The notes: generated by a model from the sequence alone, not told the origin. 64,000 nucleotides of DNA from a virus (IMGVR_UViG_3300034684_000096:32001-96000); one strand, 5' to 3'; shown: positions 1 through 10,214, counted from the first letter of the stretch. Numbers and translations are program-made.

Positions 1-1
1 G

Positions 2-268
2 GGTTATGATGAAGAAGGTAAACAAATTCAACATGGAGTTGATTCATTTACCAAGTATACTATCTATAGAAATATAGAGTTAGATGAAGTGGGAGATACA
101 CCAGATATTATTTTATATAGTTCTAAATTAGCAAATGATGAATTATGTAATCTAGTGTATTTCGATGACAAAGATGATAATTTAATAGCATTGGTTCAAT
201 CAAGTAGCGTATGTTACTTAATGGATGACAATGGGAAAACATTTGAAGTAGTGAGGATGAAGAAATGA
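2..268 (+). CDS. Partial hypothetical phage protein (C-terminal part, ...CYLMDDNGKTFEVVRMKK)
   Basis: Open frame 2 from the window edge to TGA at 266-268, overlapping the next start as ATGA; translated by hand, not in the ORF track. Confidence 0.75.
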   Translation, partial: GYDEEGKQIQHGVDSFTKYTIYRNIELDEVGDTPDIILYSSKLANDELCNLVYFDDKDDNLIALVQSSSVCYLMDDNGKTFEVVRMKK

Positions 269-786
269 AAGGAAAATTAATGATTATGTTACTTCTTATC
301 GGAAGTATTCTATTTGGTGCTCCAGTAATACGGGATAGTAAATCTTTTAATATAGAACTTACTATAAACCCTGTACATGAAGTAAAGATATTGGAAGCAG
401 TGCCTACTAATGTAGGAGCTTTTAATTTAGCTACCACTATTACTAACCATGGTTTTACAGAGTCAGCGACAACAGTTAGTACTTATTATATGGTAGTTAA
501 AACAAATAATAAGAGTGCGGTTAATATTGATGTGGTAGTGGAGAATATGAAGAGTACTGGTATTGATACACAGATTGCCTATACAATCAGTGCTGGGGCT
601 ATTGATATTACCTCTGCTGATACTGCGGTCACAGGGACTTTGTTTACGGAAGTAATACCTTTAGCTAGCAATGGTATGAGGATTGTCTCACAGCCTTTTA
701 CGATAGCACTGGATGACTCTAATGTTAATGATGCAACCTCTGCTACGTATACAAGCGATATTATATTTAAACTGATGGCTCCTTGA
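265..786 (+). CDS. Predicted secreted beta-rich protein with signal peptide
   Basis: Basic-hydrophobic N-terminus MKGKLMIMLLLIGSILFG; Thr/Val-rich body; C-terminal TYTSDIIFKL strand; GAGG RBS. Confidence 0.75.
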   Translation: MKGKLMIMLLLIGSILFGAPVIRDSKSFNIELTINPVHEVKILEAVPTNVGAFNLATTITNHGFTESATTVSTYYMVVKTNNKSAVNIDVVVENMKSTGIDTQIAYTISAGAIDITSADTAVTGTLFTEVIPLASNGMRIVSQPFTIALDDSNVNDATSATYTSDIIFKLMAP

Positions 787-806
787 TACTATATAGATAC
801 AAAAAT

Positions 807-830
807 AACCCACCTTGAAAAAGGTGGGTT
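807..830. terminator. Bidirectional intrinsic terminator
   Basis: AACCCACCTT-GAAA-AAGGTGGGTT flanked by A-rich and T-rich runs, between convergent genes. Confidence 0.9.
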
Positions 831-838
831 TTCTTATT

Positions 839-1261
839 TTACAATAGTTTTAAATCTTTTGTTATAGGGTCTATCCTCTCAGAAGCATCTGGACCAATTG
901 CAATACAGGTAATGGTCTTTACTCCTCCAAATTCAGTCCATCCATTATCCTCAATCAACGCTACCGGAAGTCCAGCTTCTTCTGCTTTGCTTTTAATTTC
1001 CAATAGTTCCTCTAATGAATTAACCCCTAGCACAATTTTAGTAAAATCTCCCTCAATCCATTCTACCATTTCTTTCGTTACATTTTCTATCTCATAACTA
1101 ATGACTTCAGTAGTGTCATCTCCTATTGAAGAAAAAGGATAACTTACTGACTGCTTCATTCTATCAAAGAATATCTTCATGGAAGCGTGAGCTGACTGAG
1201 AACAGGCTTTTCCTTTTCTCATGTTTAAATCTTTTCTCATTACAATAACTTGTTTAATCAT
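839..1261 (-). CDS. pth2: Peptidyl-tRNA hydrolase, Pth2 family
   Basis: KQVIVMRKDLNMRKGKACSQSAHAS, TKIVL, D-x-G-x-TE and T.IAIGP...IDPITKDLKLL motifs. Confidence 0.95.
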   Translation of the reverse strand: MIKQVIVMRKDLNMRKGKACSQSAHASMKIFFDRMKQSVSYPFSSIGDDTTEVISYEIENVTKEMVEWIEGDFTKIVLGVNSLEELLEIKSKAEEAGLPVALIEDNGWTEFGGVKTITCIAIGPDASERIDPITKDLKLL

Positions 1262-1271
1262 TTAATGCTCC

Positions 1272-1646
1272 TTATCGGTTATACCACAAAATATACTTTG
1301 CATTCTTTGGCTTTTCACCCTCATAATTTGAAGGATAGTACCTTCTCTTTATAATGTTGTACTTTTCATCAAGAATATCCCCATAGCCGTCATCATCAGT
1401 AAACCCTCCTCCGTCCACACATTTTACCCAAAATTCAAAAAGCATGAGACTCCCAATATCTCCATTTATTTTATGGTCTATCCAATTATCAGGGTAATTA
1501 TCTTCAATCCAAGCTTCTGCCTCTTCATTACAAGAGAATACCTTTTTAGTAGGGGAACCTTGCTTATACATGTAGTTGATAGTACACGTAAGGTCTTTCC
1601 TTATTTCAATTACAAAATATTCTACAACTAGGTTATTCTTTTCCAT
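1272..1646 (-). CDS. Hypothetical phage protein
   Basis: ORF in tightly packed minus-strand operon; GGFTDDDGYG and ILWYNR ending. Confidence 0.75.
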   Translation of the reverse strand: MEKNNLVVEYFVIEIRKDLTCTINYMYKQGSPTKKVFSCNEEAEAWIEDNYPDNWIDHKINGDIGSLMLFEFWVKCVDGGGFTDDDGYGDILDEKYNIIKRRYYPSNYEGEKPKNAKYILWYNR

Positions 1647-1986
1647 CTATAATCTCCCTCATAGTCTCATCTAACTCTTCACTATCCATATCCATAGCTT
1701 CCGCAGTTACTTGCTCACTGAAAGCTAACTGCAAATCTGGACTCTTCCTTACTTCATTTCTCACCTTAGCCCATACCTTCTTCCAGTAATCATTCCCTTC
1801 ATCTGTATTAGACCATTCAAACGAATACATCAGCAACCAATCTGGATTCAATGTATTCGTATCTGGAATAGCATAGTGAGCTTTTCTTGAATTATCTCCT
1901 ATTACTCTCTTATTTTTAAGAGCTGATGCATAGTGCGCCAACTCCTCCTCATCCAATATATCTAGTAGCATTTCAATATTTGTCAT
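1633..1986 (-). CDS. Hypothetical protein with FxWxxTxEGxxYW motif
   Basis: ORF with AGGAAG RBS; motif shared with 25703-26206 and 50796-51104. Confidence 0.75.
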   Translation of the reverse strand: MTNIEMLLDILDEEELAHYASALKNKRVIGDNSRKAHYAIPDTNTLNPDWLLMYSFEWSNTDEGNDYWKKVWAKVRNEVRKSPDLQLAFSEQVTAEAMDMDSEELDETMREIIDGKE

Positions 1987-1996
1987 TTATACTTCC

Positions 1997-2200
1997 TTAT
2001 ACTAAGTTAATAAAGTCTTCAACCCTCTTTTCTTCTATGTCATATTCAGTACTTACAATGTATTTAGAGATAAGTACTACTACATTCTCACCCACTACCT
2101 TGTGTTCATTATCATCATTACTAATTCCTAACCATGAACCATCAGTATAATCCACTCTCCAGAATTTACCAAATACTTTCACCATGTCATTCCGTTTCAT
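1997..2200 (-). CDS. Hypothetical protein
   Basis: Packed ORF with AGGAG RBS. Confidence 0.7.
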   Translation of the reverse strand: MKRNDMVKVFGKFWRVDYTDGSWLGISNDDNEHKVVGENVVVLISKYIVSTEYDIEEKRVEDFINLV

Positions 2201-2528
2201 TTGTCACTCCTTTTTTCATTAATGGTACATACATCCAAGCAATTACGTCACACCTATGTACAAAATCAACCCACGCTTCTTGTGTACCAAGAAAATATGG
2301 ACTTGTTTCATCATATGTTTCTATCCTATTTTCGTTAATCCAGCATTTGTATAAAATCCATCCATTCTTCTTTGGCTTCTCACTCACTGGTTTCCACATA
2401 AGTTGGGATTTTAAATTACTGTTTTCTTTCTTAAGCTCTAGTAGTTTTCGATAAAGACCCCAATAAGCATGTTTGTTTAATTCTTTCATAATTATTTCCC
2501 TACCAAATACTATAACCGCTATCATCAA
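2187..2528 (-). CDS. Hypothetical protein (WKPVSEKP, DUF551-like); true start probably at MKELN
   Basis: Similar to 40543-40830 (LKxENxxLKxQLxWxP). Confidence 0.65.
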   Translation of the reverse strand: MMIAVIVFGREIIMKELNKHAYWGLYRKLLELKKENSNLKSQLMWKPVSEKPKKNGWILYKCWINENRIETYDETSPYFLGTQEAWVDFVHRCDVIAWMYVPLMKKGVTNETE

Positions 2529-2730
2529 ACGCAGTATACAGTGTTATTACTAATGCACCAAGTAAAACCGGTATTGCGAGCACTGCTAACACTTTTGGGA
2601 ACAGTGCTCCTAAAAACCCCATACCACAAAGGATAAGTATCGTTATTATAGCTTTCACTAATGCAACTTTATTAATCATCCCAATTTCTCTACGAATCGC
2701 ATCCATTATTTTATGCTTATTGTCCATCAT
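2500..2730 (-). CDS. Small membrane protein
   Basis: Two hydrophobic segments; GGAGG RBS. Confidence 0.7.
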   Translation of the reverse strand: MMDNKHKIMDAIRREIGMINKVALVKAIITILILCGMGFLGALFPKVLAVLAIPVLLGALVITLYTAFDDSGYSIW

Positions 2731-2737
2731 AACCTCC

Positions 2738-4069
2738 TTATGCAGTCACAAAATCCATTACATTATTTCTCATAAACTCTACCGCTTCATCATTTACTAC
2801 AATATCCCTATTAGTAATATTCCTCGATAGCCCAATGCCTTCTAAGGTAGTACACCGAGATAGAGCGAGATAGACTCCAGACTCTGGAACCCAGCTTGCC
2901 GTTAAATCAACGTATAATGCATCAAGGGTCAATCCCTGACTCTTATGAAAAGTCACAGCATATGCAGGTTTACAGGCAATTTGCGTGAATGTACCAATAA
3001 CCATGTGGTCTATTCTTCCACTGTTTTCATTGTAGGAAAAGGCGTATTCTTTCCATGTTGCTTTTCCAACACTTACATGAGTGTTATTCTTTGTTACAAT
3101 CTGTACAGAATCTTCCGACATGCTCTCTACTACACCAAGTGTACCATTCTGGTACCCACCGGACTTATTATTCGCTGTACACATAACCTGTTGCCCTACA
3201 GACAGAGATATATGTGACTCCAGATGTGGATATTTAGACAAATGGAATTCATCTTCAATACGTGCTCTATAATGTTTCTTCATCTTAAACTTAGGGTCAG
3301 AGCAATACTTCTCATTCAGACGATTAACCACAGCATTAGTAGAAGCTAGGTACAGAAGTACGGGGTGTTTCTCCATATGATTATCGGCTTTCAATACTCG
3401 TGTATTCACTAACTTTAAATCCCTTGAGGTTTGCATCCCAACTCTGATTCTGAACAATGCGTCCTTAAATGCTTCATCTTCCTGTCTATATACTTGGTCT
3501 AAGTGTATAGTTTTAAAGCCCATCTTTTTATACAGATTAGCATTGAAGAAGAAGTACTTGCCATTATACATACGTTCAAAATAAGCATGTTCTTCACTAT
3601 AGCGTTTAGGAGCTACAGGAGGAAGTTGAAAAATATCTCCAAATAGAATAAGTCTTGGTCTTCGTGTCTTAGGAGCATTGATAATGATGCTCAAGATATA
3701 ATCCATTAATGAAGCATTTACCATGGATACCTCATCAATAAGGATTACTTTCGCATTGAGTAACATAGCTCGTGTCTTACTTGTGACTTTCAACCCAGCA
3801 TAAATATCCAGTGGAGGTATCGTTAACGCCGAATGGATGGTAGTGGCTGGAATATCATCTTGTACCAAGTTTGATGCACTAATTCCCGTGCTACCCATTA
3901 CTAATACATTATCCAAATGGTCGTATGCCATTCTCAACATGATAGACTTCCCTACCCCACCCGGTCCCATGATAAACAAATTCTCATTCGTATTCAATAT
4001 CATATCTAATGCTTTCTCAAATATAGGGGAAGAGGTTTCTACCCAATCCCATTTCTCGTTTAATTCCAT
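2738..4069 (-). CDS. Pif1/RecD-like SF1B DNA helicase
   Basis: Walker A GPGGVGKS, IDEVSMV, GDIFQLPPV, YRQ, AYAVTFHKSQGLTLD, YLALSRC. Confidence 0.92.
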   Translation of the reverse strand: MELNEKWDWVETSSPIFEKALDMILNTNENLFIMGPGGVGKSIMLRMAYDHLDNVLVMGSTGISASNLVQDDIPATTIHSALTIPPLDIYAGLKVTSKTRAMLLNAKVILIDEVSMVNASLMDYILSIIINAPKTRRPRLILFGDIFQLPPVAPKRYSEEHAYFERMYNGKYFFFNANLYKKMGFKTIHLDQVYRQEDEAFKDALFRIRVGMQTSRDLKLVNTRVLKADNHMEKHPVLLYLASTNAVVNRLNEKYCSDPKFKMKKHYRARIEDEFHLSKYPHLESHISLSVGQQVMCTANNKSGGYQNGTLGVVESMSEDSVQIVTKNNTHVSVGKATWKEYAFSYNENSGRIDHMVIGTFTQIACKPAYAVTFHKSQGLTLDALYVDLTASWVPESGVYLALSRCTTLEGIGLSRNITNRDIVVNDEAVEFMRNNVMDFVTA

Positions 4070-4090
4070 TATTCTCTCCTCTATATGTAT

Positions 4091-4119
4091 ATCATATCAT
4101 GGAATACAAAAAATGTCAA
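4091..4119 (-). promoter_or_regulatory. Sigma70-type promoter
   Basis: TTGACA-17 bp-TATGAT with extended TG, upstream of the helicase. Confidence 0.75.
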
Positions 4120-4154
4120 GAACTATTGCTCTTAACATTTAATTTATTTCATAC

Positions 4155-4532
4155 TTATTCATATCCTTCTATATGCATAAACTTTCCTTTTTGTACACCA
4201 ATACCATAGGGTAGCTCCTTCGCATAATAGTGCAATTCTGTTTCAGCAATGCAATTAAATCTCTTTACTATCCCATCTTCATCAGTTACAGTAATAGGTG
4301 TATCAAACACCTCACCGTCATACACCGGACGGTCATACTCATTCCATTCTTCTGCATACCTCTCCACTACATCTTTAAAATCTTTCCCCCACATGACAGT
4401 TTCGTCTCCACCATCAGTAATAGTAAATTTTTCACATGTATGAAATTTAGTCATACACTTATAGCACCTAGGGCAATAATCCATATCTTTCTCCTTTAAT
4501 TTACAAAATACACTGGGTATTCTGCTTGCCAA
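4155..4532 (-). CDS. Hypothetical protein, Cys-rich N-terminus; true start probably at MDYCP
   Basis: ORF track; AGGAG before the internal ATG. Confidence 0.65.
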   Translation of the reverse strand: MASRIPSVFCKLKEKDMDYCPRCYKCMTKFHTCEKFTITDGGDETVMWGKDFKDVVERYAEEWNEYDRPVYDGEVFDTPITVTDEDGIVKRFNCIAETELHYYAKELPYGIGVQKGKFMHIEGYE

Positions 4533-5284
4533 GTACCCGGAACTGGAATCATTCTATTCTTATTTATCACAACTTCCTTATACAACACTTCACGTTCCTC
4601 TAATTGATTCTCCAGTGAGGTTACAAGCTTCAGAGGGTCAAAATTAATATCTTTATAGCTTACTAGTACATGGAATCCAGATTTGGTAGATACAATCTTA
4701 TAATCAGTAATAGAGTAATCTAGCATAACACTATCAATACCTAATTCAGTAAACATGTTCACAGTGTTATTCTTGGTCACTAAGTCTATATCAATATCTA
4801 GATACAATCCTTTCGCATGTGCTTGCTGATAACATGTTAGTAAATTATTGTCAATCTTATTCAATCTACGAATGAAGTTTTCCCCATTACTTCCTCCAGT
4901 AGCTATTGCAATAGCTTCTGTCTGGTATTCTCCTATTAACTTCATAAACGCCTGTAGTGCTTTCGTAGTGCTTGACGGGTCAATATTTGAATAACACACC
5001 ATACACTTTTGTGGAATTTCTTCTCCGGTCCTTGTGGTGTATCCTCGTTCATCACATTCTAACCGTCTGATATGCTTAACAAACTCATCTTCACTATCGT
5101 GCCTTACAATAGTCTTAGCATACATTTCTGTTCTTCCTAAGTCATACTTCTTTCTCTCATCGTCATTCAGATATTTATTCCTTGCTGACATGGAAAGAAA
5201 ATATACTTCAGTAGGTTTTAGTCTAGGTAAACACTCTCTGTAAAATCTTCTTACCTGTTCTTCATCATGAATTATCTTATACAT
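4496..5284 (-). CDS. Conserved phage protein, possibly primase/AEP-like fold
   Basis: 262 aa; LDIDID and STKSGFHV motifs resemble AEP motifs I and II (inference). Confidence 0.6.
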   Translation of the reverse strand: MYKIIHDEEQVRRFYRECLPRLKPTEVYFLSMSARNKYLNDDERKKYDLGRTEMYAKTIVRHDSEDEFVKHIRRLECDERGYTTRTGEEIPQKCMVCYSNIDPSSTTKALQAFMKLIGEYQTEAIAIATGGSNGENFIRRLNKIDNNLLTCYQQAHAKGLYLDIDIDLVTKNNTVNMFTELGIDSVMLDYSITDYKIVSTKSGFHVLVSYKDINFDPLKLVTSLENQLEEREVLYKEVVINKNRMIPVPGTWQAEYPVYFVN

Positions 5285-5288
5285 TATC

Positions 5289-5489
5289 CTAATTTACTCC
5301 TAAATAATCTACCAGTACTCCCCAAGACATGCCCATAGGGATTGTCTTGAACCCACACTGGTCTAACTGGCCACTAATCCATTCTGCTACTTGTTCATTT
5401 GTCTTATCTTTGAAAGAATCAGAATTGTTAGCTATTACAATACCAATCTCAAAACAAAGGTCTACCAATGCTTGTTCTCTCGTTCTCAT
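5289..5489 (-). CDS. Hypothetical protein
   Basis: Packed ORF with AGGAG RBS. Confidence 0.7.
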   Translation of the reverse strand: MRTREQALVDLCFEIGIVIANNSDSFKDKTNEQVAEWISGQLDQCGFKTIPMGMSWGVLVDYLGVN

Positions 5490-5501
5490 ACTGTTGCTCC
5501 T

Positions 5502-5915
5502 TTAATCCCACCATGTAAGACTATGCTTTTTTATTATGTTTGTCAATAGCTCCAGATGAAATTTGTAACTATTTTCTGTAAATTCACGTAGTCGTTTATA
5601 ATCCTTATCATCAGTATCCAAATAATCTGGACCAAATACCACAATGTGTGCATTATCTTCAATATACCCATTAGATAATCGTTCACACACTTCAGAAGCA
5701 ATCAGCATCTCTCTAGCGGTTTTCTCGCTACGCATTAACGTACCATTCTTTTTGTGTTCTAAAGACGAATTATATAACCAGTTACCCATAAGTTCAAAAA
5801 AGAAGGTAAAGTCATACCATGGATATGCTTTCTTCATTACAAATAAGAAGATATGTTGCCATATCTTCCTTTTCATATTTTCTTTCCAAAATACATATTT
5901 CATATTAGCCCTCAA
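5502..5915 (-). CDS. Hypothetical phage protein ending in WWD
   Basis: ORF; may extend upstream. Confidence 0.7.
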   Translation of the reverse strand: MRANMKYVFWKENMKRKIWQHIFLFVMKKAYPWYDFTFFFELMGNWLYNSSLEHKKNGTLMRSEKTAREMLIASEVCERLSNGYIEDNAHIVVFGPDYLDTDDKDYKRLREFTENSYKFHLELLTNIIKKHSLTWWD

Positions 5916-6073
5916 ACAGATGGTAAAAATCCCTTTTTGTAATTTTCATCCACCATACTGCTACACTAGATGGTTCAGTACCGTCCTTATCATATTCGTA
6001 CTTCTCCGTATAGCTAAATAACTCTATCCACGACAGCCCTAACAGTAATGCAATAATTATAATTACCCACATA

Positions 6074-6532
6074 TTAGTTTATCTTTATCCCAAAAGGACG
6101 TGTATCTCCATATTCTCCGAGACAAAGTGTTTTAAATGCTTCAGAATATGAGAGGAAGCGATAATCCTTGGATTGTCCACTCATTGCCTCTGGATATCTA
6201 ACCATTACACCAGTCTTATAAATGCCACAATAACCCAAGCTTCTACCAGTCTTCTTGTCATATACTTTTTGACCAATGACAGTCAAAGCTTCAACTGCTG
6301 TTTTAAAAGGCCTGTAAGCTGGTGTTGGTTCAACAACACAAAGATATTTATTAAAATACACAGGTACTTTATATTCACCTGTATTACTGCAATATTCTTT
6401 TACTGCTGGTTCAGTATTAGTACTAATAAAACATTTAGTCCTATCTTTTGCTGTACCTAAATAATACCTTTCTTTCCATGTCTTTCTATCATCACTTACC
6501 CAAACTTTTGTACCAAATGCTATATATTCCAT
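6074..6532 (-). CDS. Hypothetical protein, paralog of 7736-8401
   Basis: Shared YRxFKxAxE and C-terminal PFGIK. Confidence 0.75.
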   Translation of the reverse strand: MEYIAFGTKVWVSDDRKTWKERYYLGTAKDRTKCFISTNTEPAVKEYCSNTGEYKVPVYFNKYLCVVEPTPAYRPFKTAVEALTVIGQKVYDKKTGRSLGYCGIYKTGVMVRYPEAMSGQSKDYRFLSYSEAFKTLCLGEYGDTRPFGIKIN

Positions 6533-6553
6533 GTATTCCTTCCTTATGTTTTA

Positions 6554-6582
6554 ATTCTACCACACCATTACTTATTTGTCAA
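6554..6582 (-). promoter_or_regulatory. Sigma70-type promoter
   Basis: TTGACA-17 bp-TAGAAT with extended TG. Confidence 0.75.
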
Positions 6583-6622
6583 GTATATACGAGAAAAAAG
6601 TTTCCATTATCAACTACATTAT

Positions 6623-6916
6623 TCATTCTTCCCCTCCCATGATTACTGCTTGGTCATAACCTGCTTCATATCCTTCTTTATAACCTTCCCCGTATCCCTC
6701 GTCGTAAGAAGTCTGTGAAGTATCTTCACATCCTTCCTCATAACCATCTCCATAACCTTCATGGTATCTATCATCTAATCCAACATCTAAGTTGTCTTCA
6801 ATCTCCCTAGCCAATTTTCGCAGAATAGCCCTAATATCGATTTCTGCCAATGCTTCATTACCTTTTGTATTATTCATACAATCCAGAATTTCTGCTACAT
6901 AATTTGCTACATTCAT
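6623..6916 (-). CDS. Acidic protein with GYxxG repeats
   Basis: YHEGYGDGYEEG...YDEGYGEGYKEGYEAGY. Confidence 0.75.
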   Translation of the reverse strand: MNVANYVAEILDCMNNTKGNEALAEIDIRAILRKLAREIEDNLDVGLDDRYHEGYGDGYEEGCEDTSQTSYDEGYGEGYKEGYEAGYDQAVIMGGEE

Positions 6917-6926
6917 TTCTTACTCC

Positions 6927-7304
6927 TTATACTTTCGTAAGTAATACACTCTGTATATTACGTTCTTGAAGCACACCGTTTTTATCAAAATATGTTACCT
7001 GTACATAACCAGTTACTATAGTGTCTGGAACATTCCAGCTTACAGTCATGTATGTTGCACTTTCTGGTACATACTTGTCACTCTTTAATACTACTACATC
7101 TCCTACAGCAAATGAATTATCATTTCTATTGGTTTTTGTAATATCTACTTCTACACAATCAAATATACTAATAAGTCGCAACCTATCCTCTACTAATTCA
7201 TATTGGTTTTCATGTCTTTCACATGGTTTTACCTCATATACTTTTCCAATCTTATCACTGTACCAATATGATGGTAATTTACTTTTAATTATTCTTACGT
7301 ACAT
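6927..7304 (-). CDS. Hypothetical protein with C-terminal YodC/DUF2158-like segment
   Basis: FAVGDVVVLKS...MTV. Confidence 0.7.
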   Translation of the reverse strand: MYVRIIKSKLPSYWYSDKIGKVYEVKPCERHENQYELVEDRLRLISIFDCVEVDITKTNRNDNSFAVGDVVVLKSDKYVPESATYMTVSWNVPDTIVTGYVQVTYFDKNGVLQERNIQSVLLTKV

Positions 7305-7307
7305 TGT

Positions 7308-7556
7308 TTACCTCTCACTCCATGTAATAGTCAGATGTTTAAATTCTGTATGACCAGCCATATACCCAGCATCTCTTAGCTCATCAATAAGAGAAAGTAC
7401 TATATCTTTAGGCCAATCAACAATATTCAATCGTGTACGTCCATATAGCACACAACTTTCTATAGTAGTAATAATTTTTTCCTTACATGCGTTATATGTA
7501 TATTCTCTCATTTTCTCCGCACTAAGAAACGTTTTTTCTTCTGCATTAAATTCCAT
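7308..7556 (-). CDS. Hypothetical protein
   Basis: Packed ORF with AGGAG RBS. Confidence 0.7.
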   Translation of the reverse strand: MEFNAEEKTFLSAEKMREYTYNACKEKIITTIESCVLYGRTRLNIVDWPKDIVLSLIDELRDAGYMAGHTEFKHLTITWSER

Positions 7557-7735
7557 AACTTAACTCCTAAATATTGTATAAAACGTATCGAATATCCATG
7601 CGATACTATAGCCAATCAACACACTAATAAGTGTAACCAAAGATTCTAATGGAAAGTACCATGCTATAGTAATTAATCCACCGAATAATAAAACTACTAG
7701 TAATGTAGCCAGTACTGCTTTAATTACTGCTCCCA

Positions 7736-8401
7736 TTATACTTCCTCCTTTATACCAAATGGTACTTCTTTCTCAAAATGATATCTTTCAAAAGCTGTAT
7801 CCCAATCCATAATTTCTTGGTCTATGATAATACCTTCTTCAGTGTACCCTTCATGCTTGAATGTTATGCCATTATAACAAATCCACTCATCTCTGTACGG
7901 TTTAAACTCTTCTGCATTCTTGAAAGCTCTGTATGGGTTATTAATGACTTCGAGCACTGTGAATGGGCATCTCCAATTTCCTACAGGTACTTCGACAATA
8001 ATACAATCATAATAAATACCAGTTACTCGCCCAATTTCCCCAACAATTTTTTTCTTCCCAACATTTTCTGTCCCAAAAATACAGTTTGAACCGTCTTCCT
8101 TAGGTGTAAAATCTCTCGTTACTCGTACTTTTGTACCTATGCATACCTTGTTCTTCACCACCCATTCCGTTTGACGTTCCTTGTATGTTGGTTCTGGTGC
8201 AGGGTAGAAATACCTATAACAGCTATTTTCTATTTTGAATGGATAATCAATTGCACTCTTGTCTCGTGTAACTAACTGTGGTTTTTCCTTTCTGACACTA
8301 TCCTCTAACCACTCCACATCATCATCTGCCCAACCAAGTTGTTCGCCTACAAATTGGTCTACGGTAATCGGGGTCAAAATTTTGTTCTTGTCAAATTTCA
8401 T
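7736..8401 (-). CDS. Hypothetical protein, paralog of 6074-6532
   Basis: ORF with AGGAG RBS; PYRAFKNAEE...PFGIK. Confidence 0.8.
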   Translation of the reverse strand: MKFDKNKILTPITVDQFVGEQLGWADDDVEWLEDSVRKEKPQLVTRDKSAIDYPFKIENSCYRYFYPAPEPTYKERQTEWVVKNKVCIGTKVRVTRDFTPKEDGSNCIFGTENVGKKKIVGEIGRVTGIYYDCIIVEVPVGNWRCPFTVLEVINNPYRAFKNAEEFKPYRDEWICYNGITFKHEGYTEEGIIIDQEIMDWDTAFERYHFEKEVPFGIKEEV

Positions 8402-8414
8402 TTTTAATTCTCCT

Positions 8415-9587
8415 TTACTCTGACGCCTTGTAATTCCATACAGGCTTTAACACTTCTACTACCTCTACCGTAGGACCAATCTGACTCAGAATAGCTTCCG
8501 GTGCTTTATAAGCAAAAGGTGCTTCATCGATAGTCAATTCACTAATACAAGTAGTATGGATACCTTCCATACTTCTTTTAAAATCTTCTAGAGAAATATT
8601 CTCTTTTGCTTGTGTCCTTGACATTACCCTACCAGCACCATGAGGAGCAGAGTAATTCCATTCTTCATTGCCTTTTCCTATTCCTATAATCATTCCATCT
8701 CTCATGTTCAATGGGATAACTACTTTCTCTCCCTCATATGCACTAATTGCTCCTTTCCTCAATATCATACTCTTCTGCTCAATGTAATTATGGGTAGAGG
8801 AAATATATTCAGTGTAATTAGCGCCACCTAATTCATGTAGAATATTATTAATAATCATGCATCGATTGATATGAGCAAACGCCGTTGCTACTTCAACACA
8901 AAAGATGTATTCCAACATATCCCTACCAGTTAAGTACTCTAACCCATTGGCTATTTCAATCTTTGGTAATTCAGCAATCTTCTTCCCTAACTCATAGCTC
9001 GTGTACTGTTCTTTCAACTTAGCAATTGCATCATTTCTCTCTTTCTTATGGTTAGTACGCTTAGCAATGTTCTGGAAATGCTTAGCAATCTTACCCCCAA
9101 AACTACGGGAACCAGTATGAACACATAGCCACTGATTACCTTCTTTATCCACATCTACCTCAACATAATGATTTCCTCCACCGAGTGTACCTAAGCCCCT
9201 AACCGCTTCCTCTGGACTCTGGTTAGTCATCTTACACACTTTATGAAAGGACATAGGAAGCTTATATTCAAGAGAAGGTCTGTAACCTGCATCAAATATT
9301 TTTTCAATAATCTCGTCCAATACATTTACGTCAATATTCTTCTCCAACTTTACAGCCAACACACCACACCCAATGTCTGGTCCAATAAGATTAGGTACCA
9401 CTTTTTTCGTAATCTTCATAGTATACCCAATTACACAATTAGCTCCAGCATGTACATCACTCATAATTCTTGTATGTGCATTTTCACTGATAGGCAAATC
9501 AACAATATGCTGTATTTGTTCCTTAGCAGTATCTTCAATTTCAGATGCAAAAATTACTGCTGTATCATACTTTCCTTCTATAATCAT
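8415..9587 (-). CDS. rtcB: RtcB family RNA ligase
   Basis: MSDVHAG, DIGCG, GTLGGGNHYVE, HTGSR, THNY, RKGA, SAPHGAGRVMSR, DEAPFAYK. Confidence 0.96.
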   Translation of the reverse strand: MIIEGKYDTAVIFASEIEDTAKEQIQHIVDLPISENAHTRIMSDVHAGANCVIGYTMKITKKVVPNLIGPDIGCGVLAVKLEKNIDVNVLDEIIEKIFDAGYRPSLEYKLPMSFHKVCKMTNQSPEEAVRGLGTLGGGNHYVEVDVDKEGNQWLCVHTGSRSFGGKIAKHFQNIAKRTNHKKERNDAIAKLKEQYTSYELGKKIAELPKIEIANGLEYLTGRDMLEYIFCVEVATAFAHINRCMIINNILHELGGANYTEYISSTHNYIEQKSMILRKGAISAYEGEKVVIPLNMRDGMIIGIGKGNEEWNYSAPHGAGRVMSRTQAKENISLEDFKRSMEGIHTTCISELTIDEAPFAYKAPEAILSQIGPTVEVVEVLKPVWNYKASE

Positions 9588-9645
9588 CTTAATCTCCTTT
9601 ATCTAAATACAGTATATCATCTACTAATAATTTTGTCAATAGCTT

Positions 9646-9900
9646 TTATTCATCTTTTACATCATCTAATGTAATAACCAATTCATCATATGATGCATCT
9701 TCTACTTCTTCATCGGATAGTTCATCAATCAAGTCAAAAGAAACATCCCAATCATCGGCTGAACTAATGAGTGCATCAAAATCATATTTCCGCTCGTTCG
9801 TTGCCTTCTCAGCTATTGCCATTGCTTTCTCTTCATCTTCCGCCTGTACAATAATACTTGCATATTCATGAAGTACAACTCCTACTCTATAGTTTTTCAT
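9646..9900 (-). CDS. Acidic hypothetical protein
   Basis: ORF with GAGG RBS. Confidence 0.7.
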   Translation of the reverse strand: MKNYRVGVVLHEYASIIVQAEDEEKAMAIAEKATNERKYDFDALISSADDWDVSFDLIDELSDEEVEDASYDELVITLDDVKDE

Positions 9901-10214
9901 TCTTCCTCTCCTAACAATTCATTAAGTGTAAACTTATTTTTATTATCGACAGAATATGAAACTTCTCGTTCGAACCTTTCTTTCTCCGCTTCACTTACAT
10001 CTGACTTAATTGAGTGCAACACACGTGCTTCCTGCTCGATAGTATCAAGGGCAAACTCATATAAAAGCCCTTCAGAAAAAGCATCATCTACAGCATTCTC
10101 AATCTCAATCTTATCTGCGGTATCCTCGCTTTCTACCAATACTGTCATAGCCTGTGTAATTACTACATCTACTAATGTTTTCATTTTTTTCTCCTTACAC
10201 CCATAGTATATCAT
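9897..10214 (-). CDS. Acidic hypothetical protein; true start probably at MKTLV
   Basis: AGGAG RBS before the internal ATG, behind a promoter. Confidence 0.7.
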   Translation of the reverse strand: MIYYGCKEKKMKTLVDVVITQAMTVLVESEDTADKIEIENAVDDAFSEGLLYEFALDTIEQEARVLHSIKSDVSEAEKERFEREVSYSVDNKNKFTLNELLGEEE

